Shown: positions 52,200 to 62,044 of the stretch, piece by piece
Numbering within the stretch: position 1 is the first letter of the stretch
Layout: the number at the start of each line of letters is the position of its first letter
Assembly: GCA_965197745.1 (NCBI GenBank)
Contig: CBDANS010000006.1
Span: forward strand, 1,120,001-1,184,000
Direction: 5' to 3'
Source of the DNA: Opitutales bacterium
GTDB taxonomy: Bacteria > Verrucomicrobiota > Verrucomicrobiia > Opitutales > PNEW01
Length of the DNA stretch: 64,000 nt
Position numbers and translations under genes: made by a program
The notes under the pieces: model-generated
Seen by the model: the letters and a program-made list of their open reading frames with translations, nothing else
Databases searched by the model: none
What the model was told of the DNA's origin: nothing

Positions 52200-54152
52200 T
52201 TATTGTTTAATATAAATCTGTTCGTTGTATAGAGAGCGACCCCAGCCCCGGTAAATGTAGGCGTGAGTACTTGTCCAGGGGACATTGCCGAGGCGTATGT
52301 GCGCGCCCCAGACAAAATAAGCCGAGCCAACAACAATTACCGGAATATTATCGGTGTGCAGATCGCGAACGCGGATCATATACTCACGGACTTTGGCCGG
52401 GTCGGTAGTGGTGAGGACTGATTCGATGTAACGAGTTGCGTCGTGTAACCAATTCGGCCCCTCTTTATGCGCATTACGATGCCAATAGGGGGCCGTTGGT
52501 CCTGTAATTGCCCAATTAGACATTTCGCTGAGAGGATCGGTATGGCCTGATTGTCCCCATTGATGGATATCAAAATCGCCACTTAAATAACGAGGTATAA
52601 TCAATTCTCTCAGCAGCGGATTAATGTTGGTCTTAATTCCAATTTTTTTCCAATGTGCAGAAACAATTTCGCAAACATCGATACCAATTTTTTTTGTAGA
52701 TGTTACATTGATATTCATCTCAAATCGGGTTCCATCTTTGAATTCACGAAACCCGTCACCATCCGTATCACGATACCCAGCCTCTTCCAGTAAGGCGCGA
52801 GATTTTTCTGGATCGTATGCGGAATATTTCATGTGGGCCTCCTTTGAATAGTAAGGATTGGGCGGGCCGAACGAATATCCAGACGGGTCGAATATACCGA
52901 AATAAATGATCTCTTTGATTTCTTCCCGGTTGATAGCATGAGATAAAGCCATGCGCACATTCTTGTTCCGAAATGCTTCCCGCATCGCGGGATTGTGCGC
53001 GTCCCAATTAAGGTAGAAAGCGGGGCCATGAGTAGGGCCAGATACGCGGAGCTTAAACCGCCCTTTTTGTTCTTCCGATTTAAGCGTGGGATACATGTCC
53101 ATCTGAAAATATCTTCCGAAAAGATCGAGTTCACCATTGATAAAATTCAGAAGCAGAACTTTAGGGTTCTGAATGATTTCAAAGGTGTACCTGTCAGCGT
53201 AGGGTAGCTGGTTCCCCTCACTATCAATCTTCCAGTAATAGGGGTTTCGCTCATAGACAATGCGTTGACCAGATACCCATTCCACGGGCACCCATGCGGA
53301 GAGCCGTGGCAGACCTGGTCGCATGACAAGCTGCGCGCTGGTCGTGAGATCGCGAAAGTCCTTGTAATTGGCATCTGGATTGTATTTCGGGTGGTGTTTG
53401 GCGAGGATGTGTTTGGGGTAGGCAATATCTTCGTGACTGAGCGCTTTGCGGACACGCCCCAATGGTTTTGGAGAGGAGATCTTCAACGTGTGCGCATCGA
53501 TTTTTTCTAATTTTATCGGTTTACCATCCACTTGCCAATAGGGTGGCGGTATCGTGGGTGTGCTTCGCGCGCTGTTGTTAAAGACCATGTCGTAATACCA
53601 GAAAAGTATGTCGTCGACGGTGAAAGGAACACCATCCGACCACTTTACCCCTTTCCGTATATTTACAATAGCCGTTTTCCCATCGTCGGATAATGCAAAG
53701 TGATCAGCGAGATTGAGCTGAATACTTTTTGGCGGGTAGGGCCGCTCATAGCCCATCAAGTTATCATTGAAGGATTTTACCGGACCTTGTGTATCGCCGA
53801 TATCACTGGTGAGCGCCCGTCGAATCGTTCCCCCGTAATTACCAATTTCTTCTAAGGGAACAACGACGAGCGGGTTATCCGGGAGTCGTTCACTGACCGA
53901 CGGCAGCGCACCTGCTTTAACTTTCGCGGCCAACATCGGTGCCTCATTAAAGCTGCGGTTCGTGAGTATTGCGGAGTCAATTTTTAAGGGGGCCCTGGTT
54001 ATTATTTCGCGTTGAGCAATAATTTCTTCATTACCGGTTTCGGACAAAGGTTCAAGTTCGGGGTCAGGTGCTAAACAACGGCACAGCATAAGTGCGAGAA
54101 CCAGAGACAGGATCACGGGTAATACTGGTTGCTGCATATGATCTATTCTCAC
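52200..54152 (-). CDS. family-5 ABC transporter substrate-binding protein
   Basis: EAPMLA..V..G.LP.V.ERLP, KWSDG.PFT.DD, ERNPYYWK.D.EGNQLPY.D. Confidence 0.92.
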   Translation of the reverse strand: MRIDHMQQPVLPVILSLVLALMLCRCLAPDPELEPLSETGNEEIIAQREIITRAPLKIDSAILTNRSFNEAPMLAAKVKAGALPSVSERLPDNPLVVVPLEEIGNYGGTIRRALTSDIGDTQGPVKSFNDNLMGYERPYPPKSIQLNLADHFALSDDGKTAIVNIRKGVKWSDGVPFTVDDILFWYYDMVFNNSARSTPTIPPPYWQVDGKPIKLEKIDAHTLKISSPKPLGRVRKALSHEDIAYPKHILAKHHPKYNPDANYKDFRDLTTSAQLVMRPGLPRLSAWVPVEWVSGQRIVYERNPYYWKIDSEGNQLPYADRYTFEIIQNPKVLLLNFINGELDLFGRYFQMDMYPTLKSEEQKGRFKLRVSGPTHGPAFYLNWDAHNPAMREAFRNKNVRMALSHAINREEIKEIIYFGIFDPSGYSFGPPNPYYSKEAHMKYSAYDPEKSRALLEEAGYRDTDGDGFREFKDGTRFEMNINVTSTKKIGIDVCEIVSAHWKKIGIKTNINPLLRELIIPRYLSGDFDIHQWGQSGHTDPLSEMSNWAITGPTAPYWHRNAHKEGPNWLHDATRYIESVLTTTDPAKVREYMIRVRDLHTDNIPVIVVGSAYFVWGAHIRLGNVPWTSTHAYIYRGWGRSLYNEQIYIKQ

Positions 54153-54164
54153 TCCTATTATAGC

Positions 54165-54470
54165 TTATTGTCTTATGTAATTCTGCTCGTAATAAAGTGA
54201 GCGACCCCATCCCCGGTAAACATAAGCATTGGTGCTTGTCCAGGGCACATTATCCAGGCGGGAGCTGGCACCCCACACATAATAAACCGAGCTTACAACA
54301 ATAACGGGAATGTTATCCATATGCAGATCGCAAATGTGGTTCATATATCCGCGGAGCTCGGTTGCATCAACGGTGGTTATAGCGTCAATGTATTTTGGGT
54401 GCAATGGATCGATGTATCCCTTGATGTCGGTGCTGAGAATGGCCGTTAGCTTACGTTCCGTGACTGATCG
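54165..54470 (-). pseudogene. chimeric remnant: class III nucleotide cyclase N-terminus joined to the C-terminus of an SBP paralog
   Basis: ERKLTAILSTDIKGY followed by about 75 aa similar to the C-terminus of 52200-54152. Confidence 0.65.
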
Positions 54471-54648
54471 CTCCCCTCTTAATGTGCTACCTGCACAATT
54501 CAAAACAGATCAGCCTATTACTTCCGTGCTTTGTGTGTCAATTCAGGGTGAAGCCATGGTATTCATCCTAACAATACTCACATGCCATCCACAGCTTAGT
54601 AATCTCGAGCACTGACAAGCGATGAGAGCGTTTTGGTGGTGGTGACAT

Positions 54649-54788
54649 AAGGGGTCAAACGTAGAATTTAAATGTTATCAACCGATGCCAAATTTCTAAT
54701 CTTATGAAAATGCATCCATGCTCCATTGTTCATGATCCAAGAAATTCTTGTCAACTTATCAATGTTTAAATTCTTCGTTTGACCCTTT
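54649..54788. repeat. REP-like inverted repeat (GGGGTC family)
   Basis: AAGGGGTCAAACGTAGAATTTAAA ... TTTAAATTCTTCGTTTGACCCTTT. Confidence 0.7.
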
Positions 54789-54997
54789 TACCTATTCCCC
54801 CATTTTGATTTGCGATTGCCGATTTGCGATGAGGGATGTCGGGCTGCGCCTCGGTAGTCCATTGTGTTGAATAGCCACCAGCCGTCGCCAAGGCTATGGC
54901 AGGCAGGCAAGAGGTACAAAAAGCACAAGAGATATTCGTTTAGAAATCTGTTTGGGAACAGCCAGGCACAATCCGCAATCGCAAATCGACAATTGCC

Positions 54998-57211
54998 TCA
55001 TTCAATCGTTACTTCATCGACCTCGACGGTAATCTCATCCCCATCCTCGTTGACGAATGTCGCATTGATACTCTGAGTTGGTTGAGGGGTGTTGTCCGAT
55101 TTAAAGTTGTTCTGCGTAATCAAGGTCTCAAACCCGGGTGTCGTCGATCCGCTTGGCGCTATTACTATAGAGGTTCCATTAGTCTGCATGAGATCCCCTC
55201 CGGTGATCCGCAACCCGGGGTTACCGGCGGGAACCGTGAAGGAGCCAGAGCCAAACAACAGGTGTGGTAATGCATCGCCATCAGCATCAATGTCACCTAC
55301 AGTTAAGCGTACCGCGATCGGTACGCCACGCGCATCGAAGCCAACCTTGCCGGTGCTTCCACTGAACACAGCATTCGATAACTGTACCCCTCCCAGTCCC
55401 GTGGAGTTGACTACTTCCACGAGGGCTACGTCGGCCTGGGCGTCATAGACCTGTCCTTCGGGGAACAGTGCCTGGTTAAAGGCGTTGATCCTGCCCACCG
55501 TGAAAATGCTGAAGAAGGTATTGGCGTCCGCTCCGTCAATGACCACGCTCGGCTTGCCCGTCACATATTCGACGGCCTGGTTGTAGCGTGGGGGGACGGC
55601 CGGGGGCAGGAAGGTTGCCGGGTCGAGGGTTACGGTAAAGGTACCGTTACCTGAGAACTCTACCTGTACAATGTCTTCGTTTTCGTCCATGAAGGAAACG
55701 CGGGTGATCTGTCCCGGTTTGGCCTGGAGTTGGACGGACTCTCCGGTGAGTAATATCTGGTCGAAGACGTTACCGTTGGCATGCTGAATGTCTTCACCCG
55801 CGATATCCCCCGAGCCATCGAGAACGAGGGGAACGGAAGTCGCTGCTACGGTGATGACCGCGGTATCGCTGTCAGCGCTTCCTCCAGCGTTAGTTATCTG
55901 TGCCCAGAAGTTAGTGCTCGCAGTGAGAGCACCGGTAGTTAAAGTGCCACTGGTCGCACCGGCGATGGGACTGGCGGTGTCGCCGCTGTTACCGGTAAAC
56001 CATTGGTAAGAGAGATCATCACCGCTGGCGGCAACAGTGAGGACTACCGCGGTGCCGGATGGGACTTCCTGGCTCGCGGGCTGGGTGGTGATAGATGGAC
56101 CTGTTTGGGGGGGCGGTTCGCCGCCACCGTCGAAACCCGGGGCTCCAATAGGAGTAAAACCGAAGTCGTCGATAGTCGTTGAGCTGAATAATGGATTTAC
56201 ATCTTTATTATCGATTAAAAGGATTTTGGCAATGCCGCCTACAGCTCCCAATTCACTGGCAAGAAATGTATAATGAGGAACTCCTGATCCCTGCAGGACA
56301 TTCTGCTGCAGGTCTGTTTCCCTGGCGATTAAATTATCTTCAGTATCATATACCTCAATAGTACCATCGGATTCACCGCCACTGCTAGCTGCTAACGTGA
56401 TGGTGGAGGCAAAAAATTGTACCCGCGCCGCCGGTGTTTCGAAGGTGATCGTTCCGGTATCACCATTCTGAACTCTCCAGTTAGCACGTTTTGTGCGGGA
56501 TTGTTCGTTGAGCGGAGGTGAAGTTTCCTCGGATAAATCTGCGCCTGAAAAGGTCGCGGTAATGGGTGATGTTCCAAGGGTAATATCATCATTCGACTCG
56601 GGGAATTCAGAAAAGAAAGTAAATACCGTGTTGTTCCTCGGCCCATCGATGAGGGTATAACCCACATCGTCGACGACTAGTGTACCCGAAACATTCAGGA
56701 ATTTTATTTCATTCATACCGTCAATGTAATTGAGATCTGTTTCGTCGAAGTAATTGCCACTGAAAGCCACGATTCTTTGCAGCGCGGGATTGGAATCAGG
56801 ATTGATGCTGGTTGGAAAACCCGTAAAAATGCCCTGCTGAGTTAATTCAATTAATTCGACTCCCACAATATCGACGGTAATTTCTCGAACCTCGATCTTG
56901 CCCGCGCCCGCGGTTTCAGCCACGTAGAATTCGATTTCAGCAATCCCTTTTCTCGTGAAGATTTTTCCCTCCTGGCCGGGTCCCAGAGTTATTGCTTTCG
57001 TTCCTGAGTGCAACAGACTTGGGTCCTCCAGCGTTGTTACTGTAAACCCGATGAATTGGATATCATTAGGCGGGGCACCGAGTAAAAAGTCTCCCGATCC
57101 TTCGGCATCTTCAAAATCCAAAAATACTTCCTGGTCCTGTGGAAGCGCTCGGAGAAGAAGTGGAAATAAAAGTGAAATTAGCGATACCGATACGAGATTT
57201 TTTATACGCAT
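54998..57211 (-). CDS. secreted/surface protein, paralog of 31134-33359
   Basis: Signal peptide ...LLRA|LPQD; same domain order; near-identical Ig-like and C-terminal domains. Confidence 0.8.
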   Translation of the reverse strand: MRIKNLVSVSLISLLFPLLLRALPQDQEVFLDFEDAEGSGDFLLGAPPNDIQFIGFTVTTLEDPSLLHSGTKAITLGPGQEGKIFTRKGIAEIEFYVAETAGAGKIEVREITVDIVGVELIELTQQGIFTGFPTSINPDSNPALQRIVAFSGNYFDETDLNYIDGMNEIKFLNVSGTLVVDDVGYTLIDGPRNNTVFTFFSEFPESNDDITLGTSPITATFSGADLSEETSPPLNEQSRTKRANWRVQNGDTGTITFETPAARVQFFASTITLAASSGGESDGTIEVYDTEDNLIARETDLQQNVLQGSGVPHYTFLASELGAVGGIAKILLIDNKDVNPLFSSTTIDDFGFTPIGAPGFDGGGEPPPQTGPSITTQPASQEVPSGTAVVLTVAASGDDLSYQWFTGNSGDTASPIAGATSGTLTTGALTASTNFWAQITNAGGSADSDTAVITVAATSVPLVLDGSGDIAGEDIQHANGNVFDQILLTGESVQLQAKPGQITRVSFMDENEDIVQVEFSGNGTFTVTLDPATFLPPAVPPRYNQAVEYVTGKPSVVIDGADANTFFSIFTVGRINAFNQALFPEGQVYDAQADVALVEVVNSTGLGGVQLSNAVFSGSTGKVGFDARGVPIAVRLTVGDIDADGDALPHLLFGSGSFTVPAGNPGLRITGGDLMQTNGTSIVIAPSGSTTPGFETLITQNNFKSDNTPQPTQSINATFVNEDGDEITVEVDEVTIE

Positions 57212-57557
57212 TTTGACCACTGGATTTGATTTAACTCCGAATCCCAGTTTATTCGACTGCTGCTTTTGTAACAGTAAAAAGATCTCGGATTCAACAATTA
57301 ATTGTGATTTCAGTAAATTAATTCAGCAACTAGACTTCCCCCCCGCGGTGACGGAGCTTCCACCTTCGTTCAGTAGGGGTGAACTACGGCGTGACAAGAC
57401 GTATTGTAGGTTAGCTAGTAGTAGTCGAAACCTGGTAGAACTCGTACACCTATCGATAGGTTGGAAGCTGCTTGTCAGCCGTGGCGATCCAGGGGAATGT
57501 CAATACGCGTCCGGCATTCCCAAGGAATGGAAGATGTGGCTTTTCGCAATAACAAAA

Positions 57558-57632
57558 GGTGAAGCGGGCTGTCCCTAGCGCGCTTCTTCAATTGCGACAC
57601 TCTCAAACGCGGTAGGGACACCGCGTTCCACC
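57558..57632. repeat. REP-like inverted repeat abutting the truncated vsr cassette
   Basis: GGTGAAGCGGGCTGTCCCTAGCGCGCTT ... AACGCGGTAGGGACACCGCGTTCCACC. Confidence 0.6.
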
Positions 57633-58032
57633 ATTGCGTTTCAATTTCGGGTTCCAATAGCCTTTATTAGTTTTTGGCATATTTTTACCTGCCTTGCAAT
57701 GGTGTCCATGCCAGAAGCAGGCATGCGCAGAATATAACCTTTTTCCGTTTGGTGAAAACTACGTCTGGCTTTCCGGGCAACGCATTATAATGAATCCTGT
57801 ATCCTCTAAATCCCATGTCTAATAAAAGACGCCTTAGCTTCAATTCAGGAGTAGTATTTTTCGACTTAACCCGTGCCATATGAGGTCTAGAAATATTAAA
57901 TTAAAAAATACTTTTAGGGTTTGACATATTTATAAATAGTTAAGTGAGAATGGTTATTTGGGGTTTTTTAAAAATAGACGATATTAAACCCTTTGCGAAA
58001 TATGAGATTTGGCCCTTAAAGTGAACATTCCG
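57632..58032. mobile_element. second, left-truncated copy of the vsr cassette
   Basis: Direct repeat of 50722-51122 at an offset of 6910 bp, with 5 mismatches by eye; retains the right TIR. Confidence 0.85.
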
Positions 58033-58064
58033 TAATACAAAGAACGACACTTTTGGACTGTGTT

Positions 58065-59460
58065 CTAATCTTTTCGCCCCAGGAGCAAGATGATCAAACC
58101 TGCTAAAACACCGATCATTCCCTCATATACCATATTATGCCAGCCCAGATACCGCCAAAATAAGACCATCGATAATCCCGTGCAAACGGCCATTATGCTC
58201 ACCCTTTGGCTGGGCTTTGTTCCCAGGCACAACACCAACAACAAAGGGGCAAAGGCACTGCCCATTCCAGACCAAGCCATCATAACCAAGCCAAAAACAC
58301 TCTGGCTACTGGCCAAGGCCCAAAGGAGTGCGCCGACGGTTAATAGCCATCGTGATTGCCTTTATTAAGATGGTGCTTTCGATTCTGCGCGGCAATAAAT
58401 CATGCGTTATTGCCGCTGAGCAGCCGAGGATCAACGAGTCGGCAGTGGACATGGTGGCGGCAAAGATACCGGCCAGCATCAATCCCACCAATGCGGGAGG
58501 CAACAGATGCAGTGCCATCGTGGGCAAAGCGAGTTCCGCGTCAAAAGAACCAGCGTCGGCAAAATAAATACACGAAAGCAACCCTACGCCGAGTGCCATG
58601 CAGAAAAAGACAAAACTCCAGAGGTAATACCATAGCCTTGCCTGATACATTTTACCGGTGTCTTCCAGGGTCATGAAACGCACCATGATATGGGGTTGAC
58701 CGATGACCGCCAGACCGGCAAATAACCAACTGATCGCAAACAATAGGCCACCGCTCAGGCCGGGGAAGGCCGTATTGGCAGGGAACCAATCAAGGAAGCC
58801 CTCGATTTGGTCCATTTGCTCAAAAGTGCTGGCTACGCCTCCCAGAGATTCAACTACCACAATCAGAAGCAGGCCCATAGCCAGCACCATCACGGCAGAT
58901 TGCGCCGCGTCGGTCCAGATCGAGGCGCGAATACCGCCCGCGCAACAATACAAGGTCACCAAAACTGAGCCCATCACGGCTCCCGCCCAGTAAGGCCATT
59001 CAAACAGGACGTGCAGCGCTTTACTCCCGGCGACAAGTTGCGCCCCGGCATAGGCCATGAGAAAGACCAGGGAGATGGCCCCAATGACACGCTGCAATAC
59101 GGAATTACGTAGCTCATGCCAATAACTGATCACCCCTGCGTAACTGACTTCCCCGGTTCCCTCCGTAGCTGCTCTAAGTCGAGAATGAACCAGAAAAGAA
59201 GCCAGAAAATCGCCCACGAAAAGTCCGGACATTACCCAGATGGACGACAACCCGACGCCGTAGGCATATCCAATCCATCCGGTGAACATGAAACCGCTAT
59301 TTTTGGTTGCCACTGCGGACAGCCCAACCAACCAGGGTCTCACCGTTCCGCTGGCAAGGTAATAGTCTTGCCTGGTGCCACGGTGTTGCCAGACCGAGGA
59401 CAAGCCAATCAAAGTAAAGCCCAAAAGACAGCAGATAAAAACGCTAATCATGACAGCCAC
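58065..59460 (-). pseudogene. putP: sodium/proline symporter (SSS family) with a late +1 frameshift
   Basis: GLSAVAT.NSG, WTDA.Q, GQPHI..RFM, AA.MSTADS; an extra base near 58341 separates the last TM helices. Confidence 0.82.
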
Positions 59461-60524
59461 TTATATATGCGGCTCTCTGATTGAGACTAGCCCAAAAATC
59501 TCATACCTTTCATAGCGAGACTGCATAGACTGCTATAAATTACAGCCCTTCAGAAGCAGAAGGTTTGTGAGGATTTCGGAGGACAATGAATAACAATCAG
59601 GTGAAGCTGGGCTTGTTTCTAAGGGGGGATCAATTTGTTTCCAGCATCCTGACAGTGAAAGATATTTGAGTATGCCCATGGAGTACCCCTTTAACCCCTA
59701 TGCTTCCACCAAAACGCGTATACGGTGTTTCCCATGCTGCCCATTTCTCTTAAGAGTGCCAAAGGCACTGTATTTTGATCGGACATGAGTGGGCGCAAGC
59801 ACACGAAGTCCCGTAACAGTAACCAGGGCTTGTTCGAAGAACGCAAACTCGGCCCGTGTATATCCCATGAATACCATCAGGGGATGTCTTTCGAGAGAAT
59901 CTCATGCCAGAGGCAATAACATAACACCTCAGAACTGTCCTCTTCCAGATGGGGTTCGCTTATACTGCATGAGCGTGGAGTGCGTCGATTATTTAAGAGA
60001 TGGAAAGCAACGCTCTGATCCATAAAAAACGGGTTTGTGTTCCAGGAAAGATGTCAGCTGACAAGTCAAGTTATAGATGTTAAGGAGGGGCCAAAAAGGA
60101 AATTTAAAACAGGAAAGTATTAAATAAGATGAATTATCAAAACATTAGTTCAATAGTGCATTTTACCTGTGATCAGAAAAACTCATCTGAAACCTGAGTT
60201 TCTGAATCTGCTTCATCGGGAAATCTGGAGGTGCTATTACAGGTACCTTCGCGATTAAACTTGTCTCTACCGGGCGCATAAATTCATTGTTTTCATCACA
60301 AGGTGCACTTAATCGGCAATGTTAAATCTACTCAAAAATTCTTGGCCGATTCCTGACTGAACCTCATCAAAAAGTATTATTCCTGCCAATTCCTGGCAAA
60401 CATTTTGAGGCAAGGTCAGGAAAACAAAGGAAAATATAAATTATTATTGTATCGTTATTTAAATGTAACTATTTGTTAATAAGCAGCTTATAAGGCATTA
60501 TTGAGTCCCGTTCATAGTCGGTTT

Positions 60525-60826
60525 CATCGAATCGTTCCATGCTCGTTTTCGCGAGGAGTGTTTAACCGTGAACAGTTATGGACTTTAACCGAAGCGCGCG
60601 TGGTAATCGAAGATTGGCGCTGGCTTTACAATCATGTCCGTCCCCACCGCAGCCCCGGCAATGTCACCCAACGGCACTTTGCTGAAGACATCAATGCCAA
60701 AGGCTTGGGCTCCATTCGGGCTACGCCCTCATTGCGCCCAAGCCTTGACTTCCTCTACCAACTTAACTTCAACTTAAACCTCTCCAGACTAACTCTCCCG
60801 GTGGACCAGTTTGCGTAATCCGACCA
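60525..60826 (+). mobile_element. 3' remnant of the 35348/49181 IS3 element
   Basis: NREQLWTLTEARVVIEDWRWLYN..RPHRS, ending in IRR ...GCGTAATCCGACCA. Confidence 0.88.
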
Positions 60827-61210
60827 GACGCTCAAAGCCATCCAGCAGTGTCTGCGAGAGCACCCGATCGGCACGATTTATATCGACCATGACTGTCTCT
60901 GGCACAACGGACCTGCCGAAAACTTCAACCATCGCTTACGGGCTGAATGCCTTGAGCGCGAGTTGCTATACACCCTGACTGAATCCCGTGTGGTAATCGA
61001 ACCATAGCATCAGACCTACAATAATGAACATCCCCACAGTCGTTTAGGCTTTAAAAGCCCACTAGAGTTTGTCCGTTTCCTTTCCGATCTTGGCCGCGTT
61101 CGGGCTATGCTCTCACTTCGCCAAGATCTCTCCTATACAGCAATCCTAAAACCATTAACACCCGATAACTCTCTCACTTAATAATTGGTACGAAATACGG
61201 GATCCGATCA
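60827..61210 (+). mobile_element. 3' remnant of another IS3-family element
   Basis: IYID...WHNGPAENFNHRLRAECL...YNNEHPHSRLGFKSP, related hairpin tail, ends ...GATCCGATCA. Confidence 0.8.
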
Positions 61211-61685
61211 GCACAATCAGCCCGTGTACTTACCCTTCCTACAGAGTTAGGTTTATTCGCTCACCCCTAATTTCGGACACCCTTCTACCACCTTCTACCT
61301 GTCTTTGCCCATTGATGATTAATACTTTCTCCTATTTTTTTATTAGGTTTTCGACCCACGCCAGACTAAATTTTAATCGCTCCAGTTCTACGCGGACAGA
61401 TCAATAAACAATTACTATTGATGCGTATACACCGTGTCAGGGTATTTTGTTACGCAAGTTTTAAGTGAATGTAATTTCTTTATAGCAACTACAAACCTCA
61501 CCCTCCTCTTTTCTAAGTTTTAATATTCCTATCTATTCCTATCAAATTATAAGCACTTTAGTTCCTAATCTTGCCTTTGTATACTAATTTAATGATTAGA
61601 CATTTTCAATACATTAATATCTATATATTAGATATTTATATAATATATAAGTACTTGGGTGATATTTATTATATATCTATATTAT

Positions 61686-61958
61686 CGGTTTCTCTGTCCG
61701 GTTTGCGAATATCCGGTTCGTGTCGGACCGCTCAAATACCTTTACTGGACGCGGCGCACATTTCGAAAGATTAAACTCGGAATGCAGGGAGACTTCACCA
61801 TGGACGAACCCTATACCTGTCCGGCATGCGGAACGGCGCTCTTCGAAACCTGCTCTTCCTGTGAGAATACGAGACACTCGCTTTTACCGAACTGCCACCA
61901 CTGCGGAGCCGGGAAGCCGGATTTCAACGTAAGTCTGGGGATCGAAGAGAGCTCATAA
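61686..61958 (+). pseudogene. orphan C-terminal multi-zinc-ribbon fragment
   Basis: RFLCPVCEYP...CPACG...CSSC...CHHCG (four CxxC); preceded by AT-rich non-coding DNA with no credible start. Confidence 0.7.
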
Positions 61959-62044
61959 TCACCGTGCAGCTACGGCGGCAAAACTTTGCACGGCTGGAAG
62001 ATCATCAACTGATCCCTTATAACCCTCTGTAAAAAAATACGCCA

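Noticed and set aside
52200..54400. Diversity-generating retroelement TR/VR pair (SBP C-terminus versus 54165-54400)
   Set aside because: Differences are mostly third-position and not adenine-specific, and there is no reverse transcriptase in the window.
59461..60524. About 1 kb without a long ORF as a possible ncRNA or riboswitch
   Set aside because: I recognised no RNA motif or convincing protein remnant; it would need an Rfam or tBLASTx search.
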